Shown here piece after piece: positions 21,601-33,866 of a DNA stretch of 47,857 nt. The DNA comes from Chiloscyllium plagiosum (Eukaryota): contig NC_057752.1 in assembly GCF_004010195.1 (NCBI RefSeq), positions 15,306,371 to 15,354,227 of the forward strand, read 5' to 3'. Position 1 is the first letter of the stretch, and each line of letters starts with the position of its first letter. The translations under genes were made by a program, and so were the position numbers. The notes under the pieces are model-generated. The model made no database searches. It had not been told where the DNA came from and was given only the letters and a program-made list of their open reading frames with translations.

Positions 21601-24600
21601 TCAATGTATTAAACGACACTCATTCATTTAATGAATCAAGCTGCATTAATTTATTCGTTGAATTAAACTTCAATCATTCATTGAAAGAAACAACATTAGC
21701 TCATGCATTTAATTAATCAAACCATATTCATTCCTTTATTGGAATAAACTACACATTCTTCAAAATACAGACTGCACGTGTTAATACAAAGAGGAGAGCT
21801 GATCTCATTCATTCAATGTCTCGAGCTTCATGCATTCATTCAATGAAACAAACTACATTCCCTCACACAACAAAACAAACTGCGCTCAACCATTCAATGA
21901 AACAGAGCACAGGTGTTAATTCAATGAGGAGAGCTTAACTCATTCCTTCAATGTCTCGAGCTTAATGCATTCATTCAATGGAAAAAACAAATGCATTCCT
22001 TTATGCAATGAATCAAACTGCACTCTATCATTCAATGAAACATAACGCACGTGTTAACTCAATGAGGGCAGCTTATCTCGTTCATTCAATGTCTCGAGCT
22101 TAACGCATTCATTCAATTAAACGAACTGCATTCATTCATTCATTGAATTAAACTTCAATCATTCGTTCTATGAAACAAACTTAACTCATAAATATAATGG
22201 ATCAAACTGCACTTGTGCATCTATTGAAACAAGCTGCACCATTCATTCATTAAATGAATCAAATTTAGCTCATTCATTTAATTAATCCAACTGCATTCAT
22301 TCATTCCATGAATCAAACTGCTTTCATTCATGCAATGAATCAAACCGCACTTATTCATTCAATGAAACAAACTTAGCACGTACATTTAATGAATCCAACT
22401 GCATTAATTCATTTAGTGAAAGTGCATTCAACCATTCAATGAAACAAAGTACACGTGATAATTCAGTGTGTAGAGCTTATCTCATTCATTCAATGCCTTG
22501 AGTATAACGCATTCATTCAATGACACAAACTGCATTCATTCATGCAATGAATCAAACTGCAGTCAATCATTCAATGAAACAAAACGCAGGTTTTAATTTT
22601 CAATCAGTTGAGCTTATCTCATTCATTGAAAATCGCGAGCTTAACTGCATTCATTCATTGAATCTAACTTCAATCATTCATTCAATAAACGCAAACGTCA
22701 TTCTCTGATTCAATGAAACAAACTTAACTCATGCATTTAATGAATCAAACTGCAGTTTTGCATTTACTGAAACAAACTGTACTCATTCATTCAATTGAAC
22801 AAAGCACACGTTTTAATTCATCTCATTCATTCAAAATGCCGAGCTTAACGCATTCATTCAATGAAACAACCTGCATTCATTCATTTATTGAATGTAACGT
22901 CAATCATTCACTCAATGAATCAAACGTTATTCTTAGATTCAATGAAACAAACAGCACTCATACATTCAATGCATCAAACTGAATCCATTCATTCAAGGAA
23001 ACAAAGTGCATTCATTAATTCAATGTATTAAACGGCACTCATTCATTTAAAGAATCAAGCTGCATTAATTCATTCGTTGAATCAAACTGCAATCATTCGT
23101 TCGATGAAACAACCTTAGCTCATGCATTTAATGAATCAAACCATATTCATTCCTTTATTGAAACAAACTACACTCATTCTTCAATGATACAAAGTGCACC
23201 TGTTAATTCAATGAGGAGAGCTGATCTCATTCATTCAATCTCTCGAGCTTAACGCATTCATTCAATGAAACAAACTGCATCCCCTCACTCAACAAAATAA
23301 ACTGCGGTCTACCATTCAATGAAACAGAGCACAGGTGTTAATTCAAAGAGTAGAGCTTAACTCATTCATTCAATGTCTCGAGCTTAATGTAAAAAAACAA
23401 CTGCGTTCCTTCATGCAATGAATCAAAATGCACTCAAACATTCAATGAAACAGAACGCACGTGTTAACTCAATGAGTGCAGCTTATTTCATTCATTCAAT
23501 GTCTCGTGCTAAACGCATTCATTCAATTAAACGAACTGCATTCGTTCATTCATTGAATCAAACTTCAATCATTCGTTCTATGAAACAAACTTAACTCATA
23601 AATTTAATGAATCAAACTGCACTTGTGCATTTATTGAAACAAATTGCACCCATTCTTTCATTAAATGAATCAAATTTAACTCATTCATTTAATTAATCCA
23701 ACTGCATTCATTCATTCCATGAATCAAACTGCTTTCATTCATGCAATGAATCAAACCGCACACAATCATTCAATGAAACAAACTTAGCACATTCATTTAA
23801 TGAATCCAACTGCATTCATTCATTTAGTGAAAGTGCATTAAACCATTCAATGAAACAAAGCACGCGTGTTAATTCAGTGTGTAGAGCTTATCTCATTCAT
23901 TTAATATCTCGAGCTGAACTGCATTGGTCCATTCATTGAATCTAACTCCAATCATTCATTCAATGAACGTAACGTCACTTTCTGATTCAATGATACAAAC
24001 TTAACTGATACATTTAACGAATCAAACTGCAGTTATGCATTTACTGAAACAAACTGTACGCATTCATTCAATGAAACAAAGCACACGTTTTAATTAATCT
24101 CATTCATTCAATATGCCGAGCTTAAAGCATTCATTCAATGAAACAATCTGCATTCATTCATTTATTGAATATGACGTCAATCATTCATTCAATGAAAGAA
24201 ACAACGATTTGAAACAATGAATAAAGTTTGAATGATTGAATGAACGATTGATGTTTAATTCATGAAATGAATTAATGCAGTTTGATACATTTAATAAAAG
24301 TTAAGTTTGTTTCATTGATTCAAAGCATAACGTTAGATTCATTGAATGAATGATTGAAGTTAGATTCAATGAATGAATGCAGAAACAAAGTACACGTGTT
24401 AATTCAATAAGTCGAGCTTATCTCATTATTTCAATGTCTCGAGCGTCAGATTTTCATTCAGTGAAACAAACTGCATTCTCTCATTCAATAAGTCAAATGA
24501 ACTCAACCATTCAATGAAACAAAGCACACGAGTTAATTCAGTGAGTAGAGCGTATCTCATTCATTCAATGCCTCGAGCTTAACGCATACATTCAATGAAA

Positions 24601-24844
24601 CAAACTACATTCGTTAATTCAATCAGTTGAGCTTATCTCATTAATTGAATATCTCGAGCTTAACTGCATTCGTCCATTCATTGAATCTAACGTCAATCAT
24701 TCATTCAATGAACCAAACGTTATTCTTTGATTCAATGAAACAAACTTAACTCATACATTCGGAGATGCCGGGGTTGGACTGGGGTGTACAAAGTTAAAAA
24801 TCACACAACACCAGGTTATAGTCCAACAGGTTTAATTGGAAGCA

Positions 24845-24879
24845 CACTAGCTTTCGGAGCGACGCTCCTTCATCAGGAC
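24845..24879 (-). ncRNA. Minimal hammerhead ribozyme motif, antisense twin
   Basis: Minus strand GTC-CTGATGA-A-GGAGC-GTC-GCTCC-GAAA-G-CTA-GTG. The core is intact; helix I is disrupted by the inversion junction. Confidence 0.7.
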
Positions 24880-24886
24880 GAACAAT

Positions 24887-24921
24887 CACCTGATGAAGGA
24901 GCATCGCTCCGAAAGCTAGTG
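24887..24921 (+). ncRNA. Minimal type I hammerhead ribozyme motif, all helices intact
   Basis: CAC-CTGATGA-A-GGAGC-ATC-GCTCC-GAAA-G-CTA-GTG: helix I CAC/GTG, 5-bp stem II, palindromic helix III AGCT, CUA cleavage triplet. Confidence 0.85.
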
Positions 24922-27900
24922 TGCTTCCAATTAAACCTGTTGGACTATAACCTGGTGTTGTGTGATTTTTAACTTAACTCATACATTTAATGAATCAAAC
25001 AGCAGTTATGCATTTTCTGAAACAAACTGGACTCATTCATTCAATGAAATAAAACACACATTTTAATTCAATGCGTATGGCATTCGCATTCATTCAATAT
25101 TCCGAGCTTAAATCGTTAATTCAATCATTCAAACTTTATTTATTGTTTCAAAGAGTTAAGTTTGTATCAGTGAATCAGAGAATGACGTTTGGTTCATTGA
25201 ATGAATGATTGAAGTTAGATTCAATGCATGAATGAATGCAGGTTGTTTCATTGAATGAATGCGTTAAGCTCGGCATATTGAATGAATGAAAATGCGATAC
25301 ACATTGAATTAAAACGTGTACTTTATTTCAGTGAATGAATGAGTCCAGTTTATTTGAGTAAATGCATACCTGCAGTTTGATTCATCAAATGTATGAGTTA
25401 AGTTTGTTTCATTGAATCGAAGAATGACGTTAGGTTCATTGAATGAATGATTGAAGTTAGATTCAATAAATGAACGAATGCAGTTAAGCTCGACATATTG
25501 AATGAATGAGATAAGTTCAACTGATTGAATTAAAACTTGCGTTTTTTTCATTGAATGATTGACTGCAGTTTGATTCATTGCATGAACGAATGCAGTTCGT
25601 TTAATTGAATGAATGCGTTAAGGGCGAGACATTGAATGAATGAGTTAAGCTCTACTCATTGAATTAGCACGTATGCTCTGTTTCATTGAATGGCTGAGCG
25701 CAGTTTGTTTTGTTGAGTGAGCGAATGCAGTTTGTATCATTGAATGAATGCATTCAGTTCGAGACATTGAATGAATGAGATCAGCTCTCCTCTTTGAATT
25801 AACACGTGCAGTGTGTATCATTGAAGAATGGGTGTAGTTTGTTTCAATAAAGGAATGAATATGGTTTGATTCATTAAATGCATGAGCTAAAGGTATTTCA
25901 TCGAACGAATGATTGAAGTTTGATTCAACGAATGAATTAATGCAGCTTGATTCTTTAAATGAATGAGTGCCGTTTAATACATTGAATTAATGAATGTAGC
26001 TTGATTCATTGAATGAATGAATGCAGTTGGATTCTTTAAAAGAATAAGTTAAGTTTGTTTAATTGAATCAATGATTAACGTTTGATTTATTGAGTGAATG
26101 ATTGAAGTTAGATTCAATAAATAAATGAAAGCAGTTGGATTCATTGAATGAATGCGTTAAGCTCCAGATATTGAATGAATGAAACAAACTTAACTCATAC
26201 ATTTAATGAATCAAATTGCATGCCTTCCCTCATTCAATAAATCAAACTGCACTTCAACCATTCAGTCAAACAAAGCGCATGTGTTAATTCAAAGATTAGC
26301 GTTTATCTTGTTAATTCGATGTCTCGAGCTTAACGCATTCATTCAATGAAACAATCTGCATTCATTCATTGAATCTAACTTCAATCATTCAGTCAATGAA
26401 TCAAACGTTATTCTTTGATTCAATGAAACAAACTTAACTTTGATTAGATGTACCAAACTGCACTCATTCATTTAATGAATTAAACTTCAATCGTTGATTC
26501 AATCATTCCAACTTTATTCATTGTTTCAAAGAGTTAAGTTTGTTTCATTGAATCAAAGTATAACGTTCGATTCATTGAATGAATGATTGAAGTTAGATTC
26601 AATAAATGAATGAATGCAGTTTGTTTCACTGAATGAATACCTGTAGCTCGGGATATTGAAATAATGAGAGAAGCTCTACTTATTGAATTAACACGTGTGC
26701 ATTGTTTCATTGAATGGTTTAATGCACTTTCACTAAATGAATGAATGCAGTTGGATTCATTAAATGAATGTGCTAAGTTTGTTTCATTGAATGATTGTGT
26801 GAGGTTTGATTCATTGCATGAATGAAAGCAGTTTGATTCATGGAATGAATGAATGCAGTTGGATTAATTAAATGAATGAGTTAAGTTTGATTCATTTAAT
26901 GAATGAATGGGTGCAGTTTGTTTCAATAAATGCACAAGTGCAGTTTGATTCATTACATTTATGAGTTAAGTTTGTTTCATAGAACGAATGATTGAAGTTT
27001 GATTGAATGAATAAACGAATGCAGTTCGTTTAATTGAATGAATGCGTTAAGCTCGAGACATTGAATGAATGAAATAAGCTGCACACATTGAGTTAACACG
27101 TGCGTTCTGTTTCATTGAATGTTTGAGTGCATTTTGATTCATTGCATGAAGGAACGCAGTTGTTTTTTTTCCATTAAGTTCGAGACATTGAATGAATGAG
27201 TTAAGCTCTACTCTTTGAATTACCACCTGTGCTCTGTCTCATTGAATGGTTGAGCGCAGTTTGTTTTGTTGAGTGAGGGAATGCAGTTTGTTTCATTGAA
27301 TGAATGCAATAAGCTCGAGACATTGAATGAATGAGATCAGCTCTCCTCATTGAATTAACAGGTGCAGTTTGTATCATTGACGAATGAGTGTAGTTTGTTT
27401 CAATAAAGGAATGAATATGGTTTCATTCATTAAATACATGAGCTAAGGTTGATTCATTGAACGAATGATTGAAGTTTGATTCAACGAATCAATTAATGCA
27501 GCGTGATTCTTTAAATCAATGAGTGCCGTTTAAAACATTGAATTAATGAATGCAGCTTGATTCATTGAATGAATGAATGCAGTTGGATTATTTAAGTGAA
27601 TAAGTTAAGTTTGTTTAATTGAATCAATGATTAACGCTGGATTCAATGAGTGAATGTTTGAAGTTAGATTCAATTAATGAATGAATGCAGTTGGATTTAT
27701 TGAATGAATCCGTTAAGCTCGAGACATTGAATGAATGAGATAAGCTCGACTCATTGAATTAACGCGTCCAGTTTGTTTCATTGAATGAATGAATTCAGTC
27801 TGATTCATTGAATGTATCTATCAGTTTGTTTCATTGAACCAAGAGTAGAGTTTAATTCTTTGAATTAATGATTGAAGTTAGATTCAATAAATGAATGAAA

Positions 27901-29280
27901 GCAGTTTGTTTCACTGAATGTATGCGTTAAGCTCCAGACATTGAATGAATGAAACAAACTTAACTCATACATTTAATGAATCAAATTGCATGCCTTCCTA
28001 CATTCAATAATTCAAACTGCATTTCAACCATTCAGTCAAACAAAGCACACGTGTTAATACAATGATTAGAGTTTATCTTGTTAAATCGATGTCTCGAGCT
28101 TAACGCATTCATTCAATGAAACAATCTGCATTCATTCATTGAATCTAACTTCAGTCATTCATTCAATGAATCAAACGTTATTCTTTGATTCAATGAAACA
28201 AACTTAACTTTGATTATATGTATCAAACTGCATTACTTCATTTCATGAATTAAACTTCAATTGTTCATTCAATCATTCAAACTTTATTCATTGTTTCAAA
28301 GCGTTAAGTTTGTTTCATTGAATCAAAGAATAACGTTTGATTCATTGAATGTATGATTGACGTTAGATTCAGTAAATGAATGAATGCAGTTTGTTTCATT
28401 GAATGAATGTGTTAAACTCGGCATATTGAATGAATTAGATTAATTTAAACGTGTGCTTTCTTTGATTGAATGAATGAGTACAGTTTGATTCAGTAAATGC
28501 AGTTTGATTCATTAAATGTATGAGTAAAGTTTTTTTCATTGAATCAGAGAATGACGTTTGCTTCATTGAATGAATGATTGAAGTTAGATTCAATTCAGTT
28601 AAGCTCGCGATATTCAATGAATGAGATAAGCTCAACTGATTGAATTAATGTGTGCGTTTTTTTCATTTAATGATTGACTGCAGTTTGATTCATTGCATGA
28701 ATGAGTGCAGGTTGTTTCATTGAATGAATGCGTTAAGCTCAAGGCATTGAATGAATGAGATAAGCTCTACACACTGAATTAACACGTGTGGTTTGTTTCA
28801 TTGAAGTGTTGAATGCACTTTCACTAAATGAATGAATGCAGTTGGATTCATTAAATGCATGTGGTAAGTTTGTTTCATTGAATGATTGTGTGCGGTTTGA
28901 TTCATTGCATGAATGAAAGCAGTTTGATTCATGGAAGGAATGAATGCAGTTGGATTAATTAAATGAATGAGTTAAGTTTGATTCATTTAATAAATGAATG
29001 GGTGCAGTTTGTTTCAATAAGTGCACAAGTGTAGTTTGATTCATTAAATTTATGTGTTAGGTTTGTTTCATAGAACAAATGATTGAAGCTTGATACAATG
29101 AATGAACGTTCATTTAATTGAATGAATGCGTTAAGCTTGAGACATTGAATGAATGAAATAAGCTGCACTCATTGAGTTAACACGTGCGTTCTGTTTCATT
29201 GAATGTTTGAGTGCATTTTGATTCATTGCATGAAGTAACGCAATTGTTTTTTTTCCATTAACTCGAGACATTGAATGAAT

Positions 29281-30285
29281 GTCAAGGAGGGCCAGTACTG
29301 AGGGAGTGCTGCACTGTCAGAGGGTCAGTAATGAGGCAATGCCACACTGTTGGAGGGTCAGTGCTGAGGGAGTGCAGCACTGTCGGAGGGTCAATGCTGA
29401 GGGAGTGCCACACTGTCAGTGGGTCAGTGCTGAGGGACTGCTGCAATGTCGGAGGGTCAGTGTTGCGGGTGGGCCGCACTGTTGGTGGATCAGTGCTGAG
29501 GGAGTGCAGCTCTGTCAGAGGGTCAGTACTGAGGGAATGCTGCACTGTCAGACACGCAGTGCTGTGGCAGTGCCGCACTGTCAGAGGGGCAGGACTGAGG
29601 GAGTGCCACACTGTCGGAGGGTCAGTACTGAGGGAGCGCCGCACTGTCAGAGAGTCAGTACTGAGGGAGTCCTGCACTTCGGAGGGTCAGTGTTGAGGGA
29701 GTGGGCACTGTCAGTGGTCAGCGCTGAGGCAGTGCTGCACTGTCAAATGGTCAGTGCTGAGGGAGTGCTGCACTGTCAGAGGGTCAGTGCTGAGGGAGTG
29801 CCGCATTGTCGGAGGGTCAGTACTGAGGGAATGCTGCACTGCCGGAGGGTCAGGGCTCGGGGAGTGCTGCACTGTCGGAGGGTCAGTGCTGAGGGAGTGC
29901 TGCAGTGTCAAAGGGTCAATACTGAGGGTAGTGCTGCACCCTCAGAGGGTCAGTACTGAGGCAGTGCCGCACTGTCCGACGGTCAGTGCTGAGGGAGTGC
30001 AGCACTGTCGGAGGGTCAGTGCTGAGGGAGTGCTGCACTGTCAGAGGGTCAGTACTGAGGGAATGCTGCAATGTCAGAGACTCAGTGCTGAGGCAGTGCC
30101 ACGCTTTCGGGGGATCAGTGCTGAGGGAGTGCAGCACTGTCGGAGGGTCAGTGCTGAGGGAGTGCTGCACTGTCAGAGGGTCAGTACTGAGGGAATGCTG
30201 CACTGTCAGAGACTCAGTGCTGAGGCAGTGCCACACTGTCAGAGACTCAGTGCTGAGGCAGTCCCACACTGTCGGAGCATCAGTC
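29281..30285 (+). repeat. Satellite B: 33-bp tandem repeat, about 30 copies
   Basis: Unit CACTGTCGGAGGGTCAGT(G/A)CTGAGGGAGTGCTG. The 11-aa periodicity (GGSVLRECCTV) in the ORF track confirms the 33-bp period. Confidence 0.95.
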
Positions 30286-33200
30286 CTGAGAGAACAGCAG
30301 TGCCTCTGTATCATAGAGACAACAGCAGCGAGTATGCATTTGAGATAGAGCAGCAATGTCTGATTATCTGAGTGAGAACAGCAGTCGCTGTGTATCTGAA
30401 AGCGAACAGCAGTACCTGTGTAGTTGAGAGGGAACAGCGGTGCCTTCGTATCACAGAGACAACAGCAGTGCTTGTGTATCTGAGAAAGAACTGCATTGCC
30501 TGTGTAGCTGAGGGAGAACGGCAATCCCTTTGTATCTGAGAGAGAACAACAGTGCCTGTGTGTCTGACAACAGCATTACCTATGCATCTGAGAGAGACAA
30601 GCATTGCTTCTGTATCAGAGAGCGAACAGCAGTGCCTGTGTATATGATAGAGTACAGGATCGCCTATCTATATATGGGAGAACAGCAGTGCCTTGCATCT
30701 GAGGTAGAACAGCGGTGCCTGTGTACCTGAGAGAGAACAGCAGTGCTTTTGCAGCTCACGGAGAACAGCAGTGCCTGTGCATTTGAGAGGGAACTGCATT
30801 GCTTGTGCATTTGTGATAGGACAGTAGTGCCTGGGCATCTGAGGGAGAACAGCAGTGCCTGTGTAGATGAGGGAGAACAGCAATGCCTGCATATCCGAGA
30901 GAGAACAGCGGTGCTGGTGTTTCTGAGGGAGAAAAGCAGCGCCTTTGAGGGAGAACAGCGGTGCCTGCATATCCGAGAATGAACAGCATTGTCGGTGCGT
31001 TTGAAATAGAATAGTACTGCCTGTGGATCTGAGAGAGAACAGCATTGCCTGTGTGGTTGAGAGTGAACAGCAGTGCCTTCGCATCAGAGAGGGAACAGCA
31101 GAGCTTTTGTATCTGAACGACAATCGAATGCCTTTGTGTTTGAGAGAGAACAGCAGTGCATCTGTATCAGAGTGAGAACAGCAGTGCCTGTGTATCTGAG
31201 AACAACAGTGCATGTGTATCTCAGAGAGATTAGTTGTGCCTTCGTATCTGGGAGAGAACAGCAGTGCACGTTATCTGTAGGAGACCAGCAGTGCCTGAGG
31301 AGCTGAGGGAGACGAGCAGTGCCTGTGTATCTGAGAGTGAACAGCATTGTCTGTGCATTTGAGATAAAATAGTCGTGCCTGTGCATTTGAGATAGAACAG
31401 CAGGGCCTGTGCATCTGAGGGAGAACAGCAGTGCCTGTGTGGATGAGGGAGAACAGTGTTGCCTGTGTATCAAAGAGAGAACAGCGGTGCCTCGCAATCA
31501 CAGAGAAAACAGCAGTGCCAGTGTATCTTCGAGTAAACAACAGTGCCTATGCATCTGGGAGAGAACAGGAGTGCCTCTGTATCAGATCGAGAATAGCAGT
31601 ACCACTGCATCTGAGAAAACAGCCGTGCCTGAGTATCTGAGAGAGAACAGCAGTGTCTTTGAGTCTGAGAGTGAACAACATTTGAGATAGTGCCTGCGCA
31701 TCTGAGATAGAACAACAGTGCCTGTGTATATGAGAGAAGACAGCGGTGCTGTGACTCTTGGAGAGAACAGCAGTGCCTCTGTATCTGAGAAAACAGCTCT
31801 GTCTGTGTGTCTGAGAGAGAATAGCAGTGCCTTTGCATCTGAGAGAGAACAGCAAAGTTTTTGTAGCTGAACGACAATCGCAGTGCCTGTGAAGCTGAGG
31901 GAGAACAGTAGTGCCTTTGCATCTGAGAGAGGCAAGCGTTGCCTCTGTATCAGTGAGAGAACAGCAGTGCCTGTGTATCTGAGAGAACAGCATTGCATAT
32001 GTATATGAGGGAGAACAGCATTGCCTGGTATCTGAGATAGAACAGTGGTGCCTGCGCATCTGAGAGAGAACACCAGTGTGTTTGAGAGTGTACAGCAGTG
32101 CCTTCGTATCAGAGAGGGAACAGCCATGCTTTTGTATCTGAACAACAATCGCAGTGCCTGTGTATCAGATTGGGAACAGCAGTGCCTTATTATCTGATAG
32201 AGAACAGGAGTTCCTGTGTCTCTTAGAGATAACAGCAGTGCCTCGGTATCAGAGAGAGAACAGCTGTACCTGTGTATGTGAGGGAGAACAGCAGTGCCTG
32301 TCAATCATAGAGAGAACAGAGAGACAACAGAATTGTGTGAGTATCTCAGAGAGAAAAGTAGTGCCTCTTCGTCAGACAGTGAACAGCAGTTCCTGTGTCA
32401 CTGACGGAAAACAGCAGTGCCTCTGCATCAGAGAGAGAAGAACAGTGCCTGTATTTCTGAGAGAGAACAGCAGTCCCTGTGTATCGTATAGAGAACAGCA
32501 TCCTTGTGCATGTGAGAGAGAACAGCAGTGCCTGTGTATCTGAGAGAGAACTGCAGTGTCTGTGTATGTGAAAGAACAACAGTACTTGTGTATGTGAGAG
32601 AGTACTGCAGTGCCTGTGTACGTGGGAGAGAACAGCAGAGACTGTGCATGTGAGAGGGAACAGCTGTGTGTGCGTATCTGAGAGAGAACAGCAGCGTTGC
32701 GGTATCTGAGAGAGAACAACAATACCTGCATACATGAGAGAGAGAGAGCAGCAGTACCTGCGTCTCTTATCGAGAACAGCATCATTGTGTGTCTTCGAGA
32801 GAACAGCGCTTCCTGTGTATCCACGAGGGAACAGCAGTGCCTGTGTATCTGACAGAGAACAGCAGTGCATGACTATCCAACAGAGAACCGCATTCCTGTG
32901 GTCCAAAGTGAAAACAGAAGTACCTGTGTATCTGAGAGAGAGGAGCAGTGGCAAAATGTCTGAAAGAATAGCAGTGTGTGCATATATGAGAGAGAACAGC
33001 AGTGCCTGTGAATCTTACAGTGAACTGCAGTCCCTGTGTATCTTACAGAGAATAGAAGTCCATCAGTATCTAATAGAGGACAGCAGTCCCGGTTTATAAT
33101 CAAGAGAATAGCCATGCCTGAGCATCTGAGAGAGGACAGCACTATCTGTGAGGACAGCAGTATCTGGGGTCCCCCTGCACGTTATAGAGAACAGCAGTTC

Positions 33201-33324
33201 CTGTTTCTATTCGAGAGAACAGCAGCGCCTGTGTATATGAGAGATAACAGCAGCGCCTGTGTATATGAGAGAGAACAGCAGTGTCTGTGCATTTTAATGG
33301 GCACAGCAGTCACTCGGCATCTTT

Positions 33325-33620
33325 GGCGACATGGTGGCAAAGTGTTTCGCCAGGGTCCCGGGTTCACTTCCAGCATCGGGTGGACTGACTATGTGGAGTT
33401 TGCACATTCTCTCAGTGTCTGTGTGAGCTTCCTCCGGGTGCTCCGGTTTCCTCCCCAGTCCAAAGATGTGTAAGTCAGGTGAATTGGCCATGCTAAATTG
33501 CCCGTAGTGTTAGGCGCATTAGTAAGAGGGAAATGGGGCTGGGTGGGCTACTTTTCGGAGGGTCGGTGTGGGCTTGTTGGGCCGAAGGGCCTGCTTCCAC
33601 ACTGTAGGAAATTTAATCTA
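33325..33620 (+). mobile_element. HE1-type V-SINE inserted in satellite C
   Basis: Head GGCGACATGGTGGC..CCGGGTTCACTTCC, V-domain GTGGAGTTTGCACATTCTC..CTCCGGGTGCTCCGGTTTCCTCC, tail GGGCCGAAGGGCCTGCTTCCACACTGTAG. Confidence 0.9.
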
Positions 33621-33866
33621 CTTGACAGAGATCAGCAGTCCCTGTGCATCTGGGAGAGAACAGCAGTGCCTGTGTATCGCAATGGAAACAGCAGTCTCTG
33701 TGAACATTATATTGCATACATCATCAGTCCCTGTGTCTCTGAAAGAGAACATCAGTGCCTGTGTTTCTGAGAGAGAATGCCAGTGCCTGTGTACTTTATA
33801 GAGAACAGTATCCCTGTGTATCTTACAGTGCCTGTGTACTTTATAGAGAACAGTAGTCCCTGTGTA

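Larger units (their letters stand above)
24760..24975. mobile_element. Palindromic Penelope-type mini-element (second family) inserted in satellite A, with TSD
   Basis: 87-bp inverted arms at 24791-24877 and 24889-24975, an 11-bp spacer and an unpaired ~31-bp extension at 24760-24790. Flanking duplication AACTTAACTCATACATT at 24743-24759 and 24971-24987 (5 bp shared with the arm). The Penelope assignment rests on architecture and the hammerhead, not on a linked ORF. Confidence 0.85.
15626..29280. repeat. Satellite A: AT-rich TGAA-based satellite, ~27-bp basic unit with longer variants, higher-order repeats and multiple inversions
   Basis: Recurrent CATTGAATGAATGAGTGCAGTTTG(A/T)TT and the longer module TTAAGCTCGAGACATTGAATGAATGAGAGAAGCTCTACTCATTGAATTAACACGTGCAG. 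Orientation flips near 21194, 24205, 24381, 25152, 26180, 26531, 27950 and 28301. Confidence 0.95.

Noticed and set aside
15626..29280. Array of STAT GAS-like (TTCATTGAA) or heat-shock elements
   Set aside because: Spacing is wrong for HSE and the inner bases are atypical for STAT; such motifs are expected by chance in TGAA/TTCA repeats.
29271..30524. Long Cys/His-rich ORFs resembling zinc-finger or keratin-associated repeats
   Set aside because: They result from a 33-bp (multiple of 3) tandem unit that is open in several frames on both strands, with no gene structure.
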